Positions 17,684 to 28,899 of a DNA stretch of 64,000 bases are shown piece by piece. The notes below the pieces were generated by a model that worked only from the letters and a program-made list of their open reading frames with translations, searched no databases and was not told the origin of the DNA. Position 1 is the first letter of the stretch; every line of letters begins with the position of its first letter. Source of the stretch: Syntrophales bacterium (GTDB lineage Bacteria; Desulfobacterota; Syntrophia; Syntrophales; UBA6807); contig JAXGPA010000002.1 of the NCBI GenBank assembly GCA_040767195.1, forward strand, positions 192,001 through 256,000, read 5' to 3'. A program made the translations under genes and the position numbers.

Positions 17684-17950
17684 CTACCGCCTGATCCCGA
17701 GCCGCTGAATGACCGTCCGATACCGCTCCATGTCCTTCTTTTTCAGATAATCGAGGAGTTTCCTTCTCTGGCCGACCAGCTTGAGCAGCCCCCGGCGGGA
17801 GTGATGGTCTTTTTTATGCACCTTGAAATGTTCCGTCAGGTATTCGATGCGGGCGCTCAACAGGGCGATCTGGACCTCCGGAGAGCCGGTGTCGCTATCC
17901 CCTCGCTTGAACGCATCGATGATTTCCTTTTTCCTTGCCAGTTCTAACAC
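17684..17950 (-). CDS. rpsO: 30S ribosomal protein S15
   Basis: [41 protein letters not shown] start at 17950 after a GAGG RBS gives 88 aa. Confidence 0.97.
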   Translation of the reverse strand: MLELARKKEIIDAFKRGDSDTGSPEVQIALLSARIEYLTEHFKVHKKDHHSRRGLLKLVGQRRKLLDYLKKKDMERYRTVIQRLGIRR

Positions 17951-18038
17951 CTCTTTTCTTCCTCCCTCTTCGATGAATTCTTTTTTTACCGATCCGATAT
18001 GGGGGCTTCCCGGTCTGGGAATCCCCGGACGGCCTTCC

Positions 18039-18959
18039 TCAGCGGAAGACCCGGACAATTCGTATGGCCCTATCCCCCGCCCTCTTTTCATCGGGCGGGT
18101 CCTCGATCTTTCCGATGGCGACGACCCGGCTTTCCTCGGAGAGAAACTGTATCAGATTTCCTTTTTCAAGAAAAGGAAGAACTTGCTTTTTCAGGGATTC
18201 TTCCGTCGGGGGACGGCCGTTCCGAATCCGCTTCTCCGTTTCTTCGTCCACCATGAGAGACGGCATGTGCCCGAGGGCCCTTTCCAGGGAGATCACGTTC
18301 CGCTCCAGGGAAGCCCTTTTCCCCTCCCTTCCCAGTCCCTGGAGCGACAGGGCGTCCCGTTCCCCGAAACGGCCGCTCCGGGTTCTGCGAAGGGCGACGA
18401 CGGCGGCACCGCACCCGAGTTTCCGGCCCAGGTCCGAGCACAGGGACCGGACGTAGGTCCCCTTGGCGCAGTGTATGAAAAAAGTCCCGAAGGGGGCTTC
18501 GAAGCGAAGCAGGTCGAAACGGTAGACCGTCACCGTCCGAGCGGGCGGCTCCAGGGCCACCCCCTTGCGGGCCCACCGGTGCAGGGGCCTGCCCTGTACC
18601 TTGACGGCGGAGTACCGCGGCGGTACCTGGACCAGGGTCCCCCGGAACGCCGGCAGGGCTTCCAGGAGGTCCTCCTCCCCGAAATCCACGGGGCGGATGG
18701 CCAGGACTGTCCCCTCCCCGTCGAAGGTGTCCGTTTCAACGCCGAACCGGGCGGTGACCACGTACTCCTTGTCGTCGTCTGTGAGAAACGGGACGAGTTT
18801 CGTCGCCTCGCCGACACAGACGGGGAGAACGCCCGAAGCCAGGGGGTCGAGGGTGCCCGTGTGCCCCGCCTTCCGGGTTCCCACAAGTCCCCGGACCTCC
18901 CGGACGACATCGAAGGACGTCCGGCCCGTTGGCTTGTCGATGACGATGATCCCGTTCAT
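18039..18959 (-). CDS. truB: tRNA pseudouridine(55) synthase
   Basis: [45 protein letters not shown]. Start at the ATG at 18959. Confidence 0.96.
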   Translation of the reverse strand: MNGIIVIDKPTGRTSFDVVREVRGLVGTRKAGHTGTLDPLASGVLPVCVGEATKLVPFLTDDDKEYVVTARFGVETDTFDGEGTVLAIRPVDFGEEDLLEALPAFRGTLVQVPPRYSAVKVQGRPLHRWARKGVALEPPARTVTVYRFDLLRFEAPFGTFFIHCAKGTYVRSLCSDLGRKLGCGAAVVALRRTRSGRFGERDALSLQGLGREGKRASLERNVISLERALGHMPSLMVDEETEKRIRNGRPPTEESLKKQVLPFLEKGNLIQFLSEESRVVAIGKIEDPPDEKRAGDRAIRIVRVFR

Positions 18960-19918
18960 GGAAGCGCCTTTCCGATGGCCCGGAGAATTTTCCGCCGGAC
19001 CTCCCCGAGAGGCCCCGGGATGGTGCAGGCGGCGGCGTTCACGTGTCCGCCCCCCCCGAATTCCCGGGTTATCTTCTCCACGTCCACCTTGTCCTTGGAC
19101 CGGAAGCTCACCTTGCATTCCCCCGTGGAAAGCTCCCGGATCAGGGCGGCCACCTCGACCCCCTCGATCATTCGGATCATGTCCACGAAACCCTCCGTGT
19201 GTTCCGGGAGGGCGGCCAGGTCGTCGAGCATCTTTCCCGTTACGTGGGCGATGCCCGCCCGCCCCTCGAAAAAAACCTTCAGGGTTCCCAGGACCCGGCC
19301 CAGGAGCTGCATCTGGACAAGGGGTTTCGTCTCGTACACCCGCTCGGCGATCCAGCGGGGATCGGCCCCCGAGGCCACCAGTTCGGCGGCCACCCGGAAG
19401 GTGTCGCTCCCCGTGTTGGAATATCGGAAAGACCCCGTGTCGGTCATGACCGCCGTGTAGAGGTTCGTGGCCGCTTCCGGCGGGACTTTCCCGAGAAGTT
19501 CCACGATGAGCCCGTAAAGGATCTCGCCCGTGGACCCCGCGGCGGGGCGGACGAGAGACCACTCGGTGAACGAGTCGTTGGAAATGTGGTGATCGATGTT
19601 GACCACCGTCTTCATGGCGCCGATACGCCCGGCTTCCCGGCCCACCCGTTCCAGCTCGCTGCAGTCGAGGACGAAAGCGGCGTCGAACCTTTCCAGCGAG
19701 TCGAGGGTGTGGACGATGATGTCGGAACCGGGAAGGAAGCGGTAGGCTTCGGGAATCCTGTCCTCGTTGTACACCAGGGCGGTCTTCCCCAGCCGCCGCA
19801 GCGTGTGGTAGAGGGCCAGCTCGGAACCGACGGCATCCCCATCGAGGCGCACGTGGGAGGTGATCAGGAAAGCCCGGTTCTTCCGAACGATGTCAAGGAT
19901 TTTCTTCTCTATCGTCAC
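18956..19918 (-). CDS. nrnA: DHH/DHHA1 phosphoesterase (NrnA-type oligoribonuclease/pAp phosphatase)
   Basis: HVRLDGDAVGS, NIDHH, TDTGSF, SFRS, GGGGHVNAA. GTG start at 19918. Confidence 0.88.
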   Translation of the reverse strand: MTIEKKILDIVRKNRAFLITSHVRLDGDAVGSELALYHTLRRLGKTALVYNEDRIPEAYRFLPGSDIIVHTLDSLERFDAAFVLDCSELERVGREAGRIGAMKTVVNIDHHISNDSFTEWSLVRPAAGSTGEILYGLIVELLGKVPPEAATNLYTAVMTDTGSFRYSNTGSDTFRVAAELVASGADPRWIAERVYETKPLVQMQLLGRVLGTLKVFFEGRAGIAHVTGKMLDDLAALPEHTEGFVDMIRMIEGVEVAALIRELSTGECKVSFRSKDKVDVEKITREFGGGGHVNAAACTIPGPLGEVRRKILRAIGKALP

Positions 19919-20264
19919 TGCTTTCCTTCCGGATCTCCATGAAGAGTTTTTCCATGCGCTGGCCCCGGGCGAAGACCTCGTCGAAATAAAAATGAATCTC
20001 CGGGACAAAGCGGAGTCTCAGCTGTCTGCCCAGGTTCCGCCGAAAATAGGGCGTCGCCTTTTCCAGGCCTTTCCGGACATCGTCGGTCACCGAATCCTGC
20101 CCGAGGGGGACGAAGTAGATCTTGGCAATCCTGAGATCGTCGGTCACCCGGACGCCGGTAATGGTCACATTCCGGACCCTCGGGTCCCCGATGTCCCGGA
20201 CAAGAATCCGGTTGATTTCCTCCCGGATCAGGTCGGCGACCCGTTCGGCCCGTTTAAAGGTCAT
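19893..20264 (-). CDS. rbfA: Ribosome-binding factor A
   Basis: RAERVADLIREEI, DPR, VTDDLRIAKIY, LRFVPEIHF. Confidence 0.96.
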   Translation of the reverse strand: MTFKRAERVADLIREEINRILVRDIGDPRVRNVTITGVRVTDDLRIAKIYFVPLGQDSVTDDVRKGLEKATPYFRRNLGRQLRLRFVPEIHFYFDEVFARGQRMEKLFMEIRKESSDDREENP

Positions 20265-20595
20265 CGTATTTTTCTTCCTGGTAACGCTTGCCGCCCTCGA
20301 ACGTGCCGGAAAGGTGAATCAGCTCAGTCCGGGTGTTCACCACCTGGGCCAGCCCCATTTCCTCGATGAAGGCGCAAATCTTGTCCGTCACGGAACGGAT
20401 GAAGGACGTCTCGTTTCCCACCACGGCGAAGCCGATGACGGCCCGTTTCCAGTGGTCCTGGCTGTCCACCTCGGCGACGGAGACATGGTAGGTGTTCCTG
20501 ACCCGGCTGAGGATCCGCCGGAGCACGCCCCTTTTTTCCTTCAGGGAGCGGCTCTCCACGATGTAGAGCTCGATGACCGCCGTTCCGACAACCAT
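20254..20595 (-). CDS. DUF503 (YlxP-like) protein
   Basis: SRSLKEKR and VSVAEVDSQDHW; conserved position between infB and rbfA. Confidence 0.88.
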   Translation of the reverse strand: MVVGTAVIELYIVESRSLKEKRGVLRRILSRVRNTYHVSVAEVDSQDHWKRAVIGFAVVGNETSFIRSVTDKICAFIEEMGLAQVVNTRTELIHLSGTFEGGKRYQEEKYDDL

Positions 20596-20602
20596 GGGAC
20601 CC

Positions 20603-23239
20603 TCACAGGGGCTTACGGGCCACCTCTTCCTTCACGTATGTCTCTAAGACGTCGCCGACCTTGATGTCATTGTAGTTCTCGAGACCGATGCCGCACTCGT
20701 ACCCGGAAACGACTTCCCGGGCGTCTTCCTTGAAGCGCTTGAGGGAAAGGATTTTCCCGTCGTACACGACGACGCCTTCCCGGATCAGGCGGATGCCGGC
20801 GTTCCGGGACACCTTGCCGTCGATGACGTAGCAGCCGGCGACGGTGCCTACCCGGGGAACCCGGAAGAGCTCACGCACCTCCGCGTGGCCCTGGGTCACG
20901 TCCTGGAAAAGGGGTTCCAGAAGGCCTTCCATGGCCGCCTTCACCTCGGCGATGACGTCATAGATGATCTCGTAGAGCTTGATCTCCACCCCTTCCCTCT
21001 CGGCGATTTCAAGGACCCGGGAATCGGGGCGGACCTTGAACCCGATGATCAGGGCGTCGGAGGCCGAGGCGAGCATGACGTCCGTTTCCGTCACCGCGCC
21101 TGTGGAGCTGTGGATGACCCGGACCCGGACATCCTCCGTCCCGATTTTCTGAAGGGCTTCCGACAGGGCCTCCACGGACCCCTGGACGTCGGCCTTGAGG
21201 ATGACGTTCAGTTCCTTCGCCCCTTCCCGTATCCGCGCATAAAGCTGTTCCAGGGTGACCTTGGACGTCTGGGACAGCTCCTTTTCCCGTTCCTTCAGGA
21301 TCCAGTGCCCGGCGATGTCCCGGGCCTTCCGGTCGTCCTCGACGACATTGAATTCGAGCCCCGCCTGGGGGACGCCGGAGAATCCGATCACCTCGACGGG
21401 CATGGAGGGCCCCGCCTCCTTCAGCCGGTTTCCCTTGTCGTCGACGAGGGCCCGGACCTTGCCGTACTCGGTCCGGGAAACGAAGGCATCGCCCTCCCGG
21501 ATCGTTCCGGCCTGGATGATGACCGTCGCCACGGGACCCCGCCCGCGGTCGATCTTGGACTCGATGATGATTCCCCGGGCCGGTCGGTCCGGATCGGCCT
21601 TGAGCTCGAGAATGTCCGCCTGGAGCAGGATGAGTTCGAGAAGATCCTCGATTCCCGTGTGCTGTTTCGCCGACACGGGGGCGAAAATCGTCTCGCCGCC
21701 CCAGTCCTCGGGCACCAGCCCCAGGTCGGCGAGTTTCTGCTTGATCTGGTCCGGTTTCGCCCCGGCCTTGTCCATCTTGTTCATGGCCACGATGATGGGA
21801 ACCCCGGCGGCCTTGGAGTGGTTGATGGCCTCCACGGTCTGATCCATGACGCCGTCGTCGGCGGCGACGACGAGGACCACGATGTCCGTCACCTGGGCGC
21901 CCCGGGCCCGCATGGAGGTAAAGGCCTCGTGTCCCGGCGTGTCCAGGAAGACGATGTCGCGGTCGTGAATCCGGACATGGTGGGCCCCGATGGCCTGGGT
22001 GATGCCGCCCGCCTCCCCGTCAATGACATGGGTCTGGCGGATGGCATCGAGCAGGGAGGTCTTCCCGTGGTCCACGTGTCCCATGACCGTCACCACGGGC
22101 GCCCTCGGCCTGAGCTTCTCGGGACGGACGTCGTCGACGGGGGCGAAGCCCTCCATGTCCACGGCCACCGACTCGACCTGGTACCCGAACTCGCTGCTCA
22201 CCACGGAAGCCACGTCGGCGTCGATGTACTGGTTGATGGTCACCATCATTCCCATGGAAATGAGCTTCTGAATGACATCGCTGGCTTTCACGCCCATTTT
22301 CTTGGCCAGGTCGCCGACCCGGATGGCCTCGTCCACCTTGATTCTCCTTTTGATCGCCTTGGGCGTCGTGATTTCCGTTTTCTTCATCCGGACGACGGCG
22401 GCTTCCCGCTTTCTTTCCGCCCTCGTCGCCGGTTCCTCCACCTCTTCCCGCATGAGGACGCGCAACGGCTTCTTTTCGCCCCGGGGCGCCTTGGCCGCCG
22501 CTTTCTTCCGTGCCGGTGTTTCTCCCATGACAACTTCCACGGGCTTTTTCTTCTTGCCGGGCTTTTCCTTTTCGGGCGGGACCTTCCTGGCTTCCGCCGC
22601 CCCGGCCGCCGGGGGCTTCGCCGCCGCCGGCTCCCCTTTCGCCGCCGTGGGCGCGGCCGCCTCGGGGATTCTCTTTTCCGCCGGCGGCGCCGCCGGCGGT
22701 TTCACCTCGGGCCGCATCGCCTCCGGGACCTCGCCCGGCGGCTCGGAAACGGGCGCCGCCTTTTCGGCGGCCTCCTCCCGGACCCGCTTTTCCGCCGCCG
22801 CGCTTTCCACCGGCTTCGCTCCCGGTTCGGGAATCCCCGGTGCCGCCGGGACCTCCTCGGGTTTCGCCTCTTCTTCCGAAACGGGCTCACCCGGGGGGGC
22901 CGCTTCCGCCGCCTTTTCCGCCACCGGCGGTCCGGCGGGTTCCGCCGCGGCTTCCTCCGGCAGCTCCTCGGCGCCTTCCGCCGGCGCCGCCTCTTCGGGG
23001 GGCGCCGCTTCCGGGGGACGGACGGCCCGTCGCCGTATCACCGTCGACTTGACGCGCTCTTCAATGACCTTGCTTCGTTTTCCCAGGGAGAATTCCTCCC
23101 GGACCCGACTGACCTCGTGATCCTCCAGGGTGCTCGAGTGCGACTTGACGGCAATGCCGAGTTTCTCCAACCTGGAAATCAGCTCCTTGTTTTCCATGTT
23201 GAATTCTTTCGCCAGTTCGTACACTCTTGTCTTGGCCAT
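20603..23239 (-). CDS. infB: Translation initiation factor IF-2
   Basis: RVYELAKE N-terminal domain, [38 protein letters not shown]. Confidence 0.98.
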   Translation of the reverse strand: MAKTRVYELAKEFNMENKELISRLEKLGIAVKSHSSTLEDHEVSRVREEFSLGKRSKVIEERVKSTVIRRRAVRPPEAAPPEEAAPAEGAEELPEEAAAEPAGPPVAEKAAEAAPPGEPVSEEEAKPEEVPAAPGIPEPGAKPVESAAAEKRVREEAAEKAAPVSEPPGEVPEAMRPEVKPPAAPPAEKRIPEAAAPTAAKGEPAAAKPPAAGAAEARKVPPEKEKPGKKKKPVEVVMGETPARKKAAAKAPRGEKKPLRVLMREEVEEPATRAERKREAAVVRMKKTEITTPKAIKRRIKVDEAIRVGDLAKKMGVKASDVIQKLISMGMMVTINQYIDADVASVVSSEFGYQVESVAVDMEGFAPVDDVRPEKLRPRAPVVTVMGHVDHGKTSLLDAIRQTHVIDGEAGGITQAIGAHHVRIHDRDIVFLDTPGHEAFTSMRARGAQVTDIVVLVVAADDGVMDQTVEAINHSKAAGVPIIVAMNKMDKAGAKPDQIKQKLADLGLVPEDWGGETIFAPVSAKQHTGIEDLLELILLQADILELKADPDRPARGIIIESKIDRGRGPVATVIIQAGTIREGDAFVSRTEYGKVRALVDDKGNRLKEAGPSMPVEVIGFSGVPQAGLEFNVVEDDRKARDIAGHWILKEREKELSQTSKVTLEQLYARIREGAKELNVILKADVQGSVEALSEALQKIGTEDVRVRVIHSSTGAVTETDVMLASASDALIIGFKVRPDSRVLEIAEREGVEIKLYEIIYDVIAEVKAAMEGLLEPLFQDVTQGHAEVRELFRVPRVGTVAGCYVIDGKVSRNAGIRLIREGVVVYDGKILSLKRFKEDAREVVSGYECGIGLENYNDIKVGDVLETYVKEEVARKPL

Positions 23240-23268
23240 ACTTGGACACTCCTCGAAGGCTCTTTTTC

Positions 23269-24540
23269 TTAGGGCGACGTTTCCTTTGCCGCCGTCTCCT
23301 CGTCAATCAGCCTGACCGCTTCCTGGACCCATTTCTGGGCCAGTTCTTTACTGATTCCCGTAGCGGATGTCAACATTTCCAGGTCCGACGACGCGATCAT
23401 GGCGACGGTTTTGAATCCATCCTGCCACAGCTGTTCCGCCACCCGCTCCTCCATGCCCGGAAGCCGCATGAGATCCTTCGGTCCCGGCTCTTCCGTCTTC
23501 TCGAGCCTGGATTTGCTCTTCACGTCGATTTTCCAGCCCGTGAGCCTGGCGGCGAGGCGGACGTTCTGACCGCTCTTGCCGATGGCCAGGGAAAGCTGAT
23601 CGTCCGGAACGATCACCTCCATGGCGTGCTGGTCGTCGTACATGAGCACCCGGTCCACCTTGGCCGGGGACAGGGCGTTGCACACGTACTGGACCGGGTC
23701 GTTGACGAAGGGAACGATGTCGATCTTTTCGCCTTTCAGTTCCTGGACGACGCTCTGCACCCGGGCCCCCCGGACCCCGACGCAGGCCCCCACGGGGTCG
23801 ATGTCCTTTTCCCGGGTCCTCACGGCGATCTTGGAACGGTTGCCCGGTTCCCGGGCCACGCCCACGATCTCGATCAGGTTCTCGGAAATCTCGGGGACCT
23901 CCAGCTCGAAGAGGGACTTGAGAAAGTTCGGGTGGGTCCTGGAAAGAACAATCTGGGGGCCCTTCAGGGTCTTGCGGACATCGGACACGTAGGCCCGCAC
24001 CCGCTCCCCTCTCTTGTAGATTTCACGGGAAATCTGCTCCGAGGTGGGAAGAATGCCTTCCGTCCGGCCGAGGTTCACGATGATGTTCCCCTGCTCGAAG
24101 CGCTGGACGAAACCGCTGATGATTTCTCCCTTCCTGTCCTTGTACTCATCGTAGATCTTGTCCCGCTCGGCGTCCCGGACTTTCTGGATGATGATCTGCC
24201 GCGCCGTCTGCACGGCGATGCGGCCGAAGGAACTCGTGTCGAGCTTCATCCCCAGGCTGTCGCCGAGCTCCGCCTCCTCGTCCAGGGTCTCCCGGGCTTC
24301 CTCGAGGGAAACCTGCGTGTCATCGTGGATCACCTTGTCGACGACGGTCTTGAACTGGAAGACCTCTATCTCCCCGGCCTCGTCATTGTACTGAACCTCG
24401 AGTATCAGATCCTGCCCGAGTTTTTTTCTCGCCGCGGAAAGAACGGCGGAATTCAGAGCCTCGATGATCAGCTCCTTGTCAATCCCCTTTTCCTTTCCCA
24501 TCTGCTCGATGAGGCGTTTCAATTCCGGAAGTACCATCAT
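23269..24540 (-). CDS. nusA: Transcription termination/antitermination factor NusA
   Basis: [54 protein letters not shown]. Confidence 0.98.
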   Translation of the reverse strand: MMVLPELKRLIEQMGKEKGIDKELIIEALNSAVLSAARKKLGQDLILEVQYNDEAGEIEVFQFKTVVDKVIHDDTQVSLEEARETLDEEAELGDSLGMKLDTSSFGRIAVQTARQIIIQKVRDAERDKIYDEYKDRKGEIISGFVQRFEQGNIIVNLGRTEGILPTSEQISREIYKRGERVRAYVSDVRKTLKGPQIVLSRTHPNFLKSLFELEVPEISENLIEIVGVAREPGNRSKIAVRTREKDIDPVGACVGVRGARVQSVVQELKGEKIDIVPFVNDPVQYVCNALSPAKVDRVLMYDDQHAMEVIVPDDQLSLAIGKSGQNVRLAARLTGWKIDVKSKSRLEKTEEPGPKDLMRLPGMEERVAEQLWQDGFKTVAMIASSDLEMLTSATGISKELAQKWVQEAVRLIDEETAAKETSP

Positions 24541-24663
24541 GCCCTCCCACTGATCGACGATTCACCGTATTTCACGGGCTCGTGCAAAAGCCCGGAAACT
24601 CCTTTTTTCAATGCGACGCGCCCGTCACAGGGGCTCGAAACGTATCCCTTCCGGGCCTCTTCG

Positions 24664-25197
24664 TCAGATCTCATAATCCAGCCTGGCCCTCACCACGTGT
24701 TCCCGGGGAATCCGGTGGGTCCGCCCGTCCAGTTCGATGACGATCCATCGGGACGGCCCGTCTTCCATGTAATCGATAAGCCTGCCCGCGAAATTTTTCC
24801 GACCCTCCAGGGGTTCCCGGAGCTTCAGGCGGACCGGCGACCCACGGTGCTTCAGGAAATCCTCGTCCCGGACCAGGGGGCGGTCCAGGCCCGGTGACGA
24901 CACCTCGAGCAGGTAAGGTCCCGGGGGCACGTCATGGGCGTTCAGGATGTCCCCGATCTCGTGGCTCACCGCGGCGCAGTCGTCCACGGTCACACCGCCC
25001 TCGCGGTCCATGTAGATCCGGACAAGCCAGCGGGAAGGCATGCGAAGACACTCTACCTCCACGAGTTCCAGGCCCTGGGAGTGGAGAACGGGGTCCACGA
25101 GAGCCATGATCCTCTCCCGGTGGCGTTTCCCCCCGTCTTCCGTCGTCCCGCCGCCCTTTTTCCCGATGCTCTCTCTTTTGCCTTTCGTCCCTTTCAT
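24664..25197 (-). CDS. rimP: Ribosome maturation factor RimP (start uncertain)
   Basis: GVTVDDCAAVS, YLLEVSSPGLDRPL; upstream of nusA. Start placed at the ATG at 25197, downstream of the leader hairpin. Confidence 0.92.
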   Translation of the reverse strand: MKGTKGKRESIGKKGGGTTEDGGKRHRERIMALVDPVLHSQGLELVEVECLRMPSRWLVRIYMDREGGVTVDDCAAVSHEIGDILNAHDVPPGPYLLEVSSPGLDRPLVRDEDFLKHRGSPVRLKLREPLEGRKNFAGRLIDYMEDGPSRWIVIELDGRTHRIPREHVVRARLDYEI

Positions 25198-25230
25198 CGA
25201 CGGAAAACGGCCGGGCAAACGGGTTACCCG

Positions 25231-25260
25231 ATAAAATAAAAAAGTGGGCAAAGCCCACTT
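25231..25260 (-). promoter_or_regulatory. rimP leader hairpin / attenuator-like terminator
   Basis: Minus strand AAGTGGGC-TTT-GCCCACTT followed by a T-rich tract just upstream of rimP, resembling the GGG/CCC rimP-leader hairpin. Confidence 0.7.
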
Positions 25261-25323
25261 CCCGAAAAAACAGCGCCGATCAGAATCCCTGTAACACAGA
25301 ATCAGGGAAAACACAATCAAAAA

Positions 25324-25398
25324 TGGAGCGGGCGATGGGAATCGAACCCACGACGTCCAGCTTGGGAAGCTGACATTCTACCGCTGAATTACGCCCGC
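25324..25398 (-). tRNA. tRNA-Gly(CCC)
   Basis: GCGGGCGTAATTCAGCGGTAGAATGTCAGCTTCCCAAGCTGGACGTCGTGGGTTCGATTCCCATCGCCCGCTCCA forms a cloverleaf with anticodon CCC, a GTTCGATT T-loop and an encoded CCA end. Confidence 0.97.
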
Positions 25399-25453
25399 CT
25401 CGATGGATCCCTTTTTTCAGGGATTCCCTGTTTGCACGAAATTGCCCATTTTG

Positions 25454-26749
25454 TCAAGACTTTTTTCCCCTGAGACGGAGGGAAACGGCCCTTCCGTGGG
25501 CCTCGAGCCCTTCCATGCCGGCGAAACGGATCACCGTTTCCCCATGCCGCCGGAGGGCCTGCGCTGAAAAATCCAGAACGCTCATCCTTTTCACGAAATC
25601 GTAGACCCCGAGCGGCGAGGCGAAACGGGCGGTCCCCCCTGTTGGCAGGATGTGGTTCGGGCCGGCGAGGTAATCCCCCAGGGCCTCGGGTGTGTTCTCC
25701 CCGAGAAAGATGGCCCCGGCGCCGGTGACCCGGGGCAGGATTTCCCCGGGGTTCCGGACCATGAGTTCCAGGTGCTCCGGCGCGAAGCGGTTCGCCAGGA
25801 AAAGGGCCTCTTCGAGATCCCGGGTCACGATGACCCGGCCGAACCGCTCGATGGACTGCCGGGCGATCTCCCCCCGGGAGAGGTCTTTCAGCTGGCGGTC
25901 CACCTCCCCGGCGACCCGGCGGGCCAGCCCCAGGTCCGGGGTCAGGAACAGCGCCGAAGCCAGGCCGTCGTGCTCCGCCTGGGAAAGCAGGTCGGCGGCG
26001 ATCACGGCGGGATCCCCCGTTCCGTCGGACAGGACGAGGATTTCGCTCGGGCCGGCGATCATGTCGATGCCCACGTCCCCGAAAACCAGTTTTTTCGCCG
26101 TGGCCACGTAGATGTTGCCCGGCCCGACGATCTTGTCCACCGCCGGAACCGATTCGGTCCCGTAGGCCAGGGCCGCCACGGCCTGGGCACCGCCGATCCT
26201 GAAAACGCGGGTCACGCCGGCCAGGCGGGCGGCGGCGAGGAGGACCGGCTGAACGATGCCGTTTTTGGCCGGCGTGGCGAGAACGATCTCCCGGACCCCC
26301 GCCACCCGGGCGGGAATGGCCCCCATGAGGACCGTCGACGGGTAGGCCGCCAGGCCGCCGGGGGCATAGACGCCCACGCGCCCGAGGGGTATCGTTTCCT
26401 GGCCCATGACGGCCCCGTCCTCTTCCATGCGCCAGGATGGGATCACCTGGTTTTCGTGAAACCGCTCGATCCTTTCCGCGGCGACCTGGAGGATCTCCCG
26501 GACATCCCCGTCAATCTCCCGAAGAGCCCGGTCCAGCACCTCCGCCGGGATCTCGACGGAATCTTTCGAAAGGCGGGTCCCGTCGAACCGCTCCGTGTAG
26601 GCGAAAAGGGCCTCGTCCCCCCTTTCGCGGACATCCGCCAGGATAGTCCTGACCGTCTCTTCCACCGTCGCGTTGGACGGGAGTTTCCGTTCCCGGATCC
26701 GCCTGAATTCCCCCTCGAAGGAGGCCTCCGTCGTTTCGATGATCTTCAC
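25454..26749 (-). CDS. hisD: Histidinol dehydrogenase
   Basis: GVYAPGG, GGAQAVAALAYGT, KIVGPGNIYV, IDMIAGPSE, DLLSQAEH, APEHLEL, GPNHILPT. Confidence 0.98.
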   Translation of the reverse strand: MKIIETTEASFEGEFRRIRERKLPSNATVEETVRTILADVRERGDEALFAYTERFDGTRLSKDSVEIPAEVLDRALREIDGDVREILQVAAERIERFHENQVIPSWRMEEDGAVMGQETIPLGRVGVYAPGGLAAYPSTVLMGAIPARVAGVREIVLATPAKNGIVQPVLLAAARLAGVTRVFRIGGAQAVAALAYGTESVPAVDKIVGPGNIYVATAKKLVFGDVGIDMIAGPSEILVLSDGTGDPAVIAADLLSQAEHDGLASALFLTPDLGLARRVAGEVDRQLKDLSRGEIARQSIERFGRVIVTRDLEEALFLANRFAPEHLELMVRNPGEILPRVTGAGAIFLGENTPEALGDYLAGPNHILPTGGTARFASPLGVYDFVKRMSVLDFSAQALRRHGETVIRFAGMEGLEAHGRAVSLRLRGKKS

Positions 26750-26750
26750 G

Positions 26751-28001
26751 TCAGGCCTTCACCCTTTCTATGTCCGCGCCGAGACGGGACAGTTTCCCGT
26801 CCAGGCAGTCATACCCCCTGTCCAGGTGGTACACTCTCGAGAGTTCCGTTTTCCCCTCGGCCACGAGGCCCGCCAGCACGAGGGACGCCGACGCCCTCAG
26901 GTCCGTGGCCATGACGGGCGCCCCGTTGAGCCGCTCGACACCGGAAACGACGGCGTTGCGGCCTTCGATGCGGATGTCCGCCCCGAGCCGCACCAGTTCC
27001 TGTACGTGCATGAAGCGGTTCTCGAAAACCGTTTCCCGGATGACGCTCGTTCCGGAGGACCCGGTCATCATAGCCATGAACTGGGCCTGGAGGTCCGTGG
27101 GAAAGCCCGGATAGGGCAGGGTCGTCACGTCGACGCTCTCGATCCGGCCGGGGCCGCGGACACGGAAGCCGTTCTCCAGGCGGTCGACCCGCGCCCCGGC
27201 CTCCCGCAGCTTCGTGGTCAGGGCCTCTAGATGACCGGGAGCGCAGTTGAGGACCGTCACGTCTCCGCCCGTCATGGCGGCGGCGATCATGTACGTGCCC
27301 GCCTCGATGCGGTCCGGAATGACCGTTCCCGTGGCGGGCCGCAGGGCCTTGACCCCCTCGATAACGATCGTTCCCGTTCCGGCGCCCTCGATCCGGGCCC
27401 CCATGCTCTTGAGGACGTCTGCCAGGTTGGCAATCTCCGGTTCCAGGGCGGCATTTTCGAGAACCGTCGTTCCCTCGGCCAGGGTTGCCGCCATCATGAT
27501 GTTTTCCGTTCCCGTCACGGTGGAGACGTCAAAATACACCCGGGCCCCCCGGAGACGGGCCGCCCGGGCCTCGATATAGCCTTCATCGATACGGATCTCC
27601 GCCCCCATCCGCTTCAGGGCCTTCAGGTGCAGGTCCACGGGCCTCGCCCCGATGGCGCACCCACCCGGCAGGGAGACCCGCGCCCGGCCGAGGCGGGCCA
27701 CCAGGGGACCGAGAACGAGAACGGAAGCCCGCATGGTCTTCACCAGGTCATAGGAGGCCTGGCAGTCCCGGATGTTACCCGTGTTGATCCGCAGCGGGTC
27801 GCCCTCCTCGATGGAGGCCCCGAGTTCCACCAGGAGTTTCTTGATGGTCCGGACGTCCGCCACGTCGGGCGCGAAGCGGTAGCTGTGCCAGCCGTCCGCC
27901 AGAAGAGAGGAGACGAGAACGGGCAGGGCGGCGTTTTTCGCCCCGCTCACATGAACCTCCCCCCGGAGCGGCTTGCCGCCCCTGATAATCATTTTATCCA
28001 T
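26751..28001 (-). CDS. murA: UDP-N-acetylglucosamine 1-carboxyvinyltransferase
   Basis: [50 protein letters not shown]. Confidence 0.98.
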   Translation of the reverse strand: MDKMIIRGGKPLRGEVHVSGAKNAALPVLVSSLLADGWHSYRFAPDVADVRTIKKLLVELGASIEEGDPLRINTGNIRDCQASYDLVKTMRASVLVLGPLVARLGRARVSLPGGCAIGARPVDLHLKALKRMGAEIRIDEGYIEARAARLRGARVYFDVSTVTGTENIMMAATLAEGTTVLENAALEPEIANLADVLKSMGARIEGAGTGTIVIEGVKALRPATGTVIPDRIEAGTYMIAAAMTGGDVTVLNCAPGHLEALTTKLREAGARVDRLENGFRVRGPGRIESVDVTTLPYPGFPTDLQAQFMAMMTGSSGTSVIRETVFENRFMHVQELVRLGADIRIEGRNAVVSGVERLNGAPVMATDLRASASLVLAGLVAEGKTELSRVYHLDRGYDCLDGKLSRLGADIERVKA

Positions 28002-28019
28002 GATTCACCTTTGACGACT

Positions 28020-28898
28020 TCATCCCCTTTTTCTCCGGGCGGCGGCGACCCGCTCCCGCCCGCCGTAATCCCGGCTGACGGAAATGCCTTCATATCCGCC
28101 CGACCGTTCGAAAAGATCCCGGACCAGCCCCCCCTGCCCGTCGCCGATCTCCATGAGAAGCCAGCCGCCAGGCTTGAGGCAGCGCGGTCCGTCTTCGATC
28201 AGGGCCCGGTGACAGGCCGTTCCTCCCTCACCCGCGAGAAGGGCCCGGGCCGGTTCGAAGTCCCGCACATCCCGCTCGAGATCCCCGTACTCGGCGGCAT
28301 CGATGTAAGGCGGATTGGAAACGATGCCGTCAAAAGGCCCCCTCACGGGGTGAAGCATGTCCCCGAGGAAAAAAGTCACCCGGCCCGCCACGCCGTGACG
28401 CCTCGCGTTTTTTGCGGCCACCGGCAGGGCGTCCCGGGAGATGTCCGACGCCGCCACCCGGGAAGCGGGGAAGAGCTTGGCCAGGACTACCGCCAGGATC
28501 CCCGAGCCGGTCCCCACGTCGAGAAAGGAGAGGGGGGGCCGGGACACGCCGGAAAAGCGGCGGAGGGCTTCCTCGACGAGAATCTCCGTCTCCGGCCGGG
28601 GAATCAGAACGGCGGGGCTCACGAAAAAATCGAGGGACCAGAATTCCTTTTCACCGAGGATGTAGGCGACGGGTTCCCCGGTCCGTCTCCTGTCGATGAG
28701 CTTCCGGTAGTTTTCCAGGCTCCCCGAATCGATGACGCCGTCCCTTTCCCGGTGAAGAAAGGCCCTGTCCCGGCCCAGGACCCGGGCGAGGAGAATCTCC
28801 GCGTCCAGGCGGGCCGATGAAACACCCCCCGCCTCGAGGCGGGCCGCCCCCCGGCGGAGGGCGTCCCCCAGGACCGGCGGGAAGGATCGGCTCTTCAT
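28020..28898 (-). CDS. prmC: Release factor glutamine methyltransferase
   Basis: GEPVAYILG, VLIPRPETE, LDVGTGSG, SNPPYI; directly downstream of prfA. Confidence 0.96.
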   Translation of the reverse strand: MKSRSFPPVLGDALRRGAARLEAGGVSSARLDAEILLARVLGRDRAFLHRERDGVIDSGSLENYRKLIDRRRTGEPVAYILGEKEFWSLDFFVSPAVLIPRPETEILVEEALRRFSGVSRPPLSFLDVGTGSGILAVVLAKLFPASRVAASDISRDALPVAAKNARRHGVAGRVTFFLGDMLHPVRGPFDGIVSNPPYIDAAEYGDLERDVRDFEPARALLAGEGGTACHRALIEDGPRCLKPGGWLLMEIGDGQGGLVRDLFERSGGYEGISVSRDYGGRERVAAARRKRG

Positions 28899-28899
28899 C

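Noticed and set aside
15302..17947. 881-aa plus-strand ORF, and similar long ORFs at 1113-3083, 20885-23272, 23227-24897, 27231-28820 and 45877-47769
   Set aside because: These are antisense shadows of well-supported genes (pnp, peptidase, infB, nusA, murA and others). High GC3 removes stops on the opposite strand, and they contain no recognisable motifs.
22400..23040. Low-complexity Ala/Pro/Glu/Lys region as an insertion in infB
   Set aside because: It is the normal variable N-terminal linker of IF-2.
24564..24600. Degenerate second copy of the MITE inverted repeat between rimP and nusA
   Set aside because: The similarity (CGGGCTCGTGCAAAAGCCC) is too short and weak to support.
25324..25398. 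tRNA-Gly as an integration site
   Set aside because: Both flanks are housekeeping genes; no integrase or duplicated tRNA 3' end was seen.
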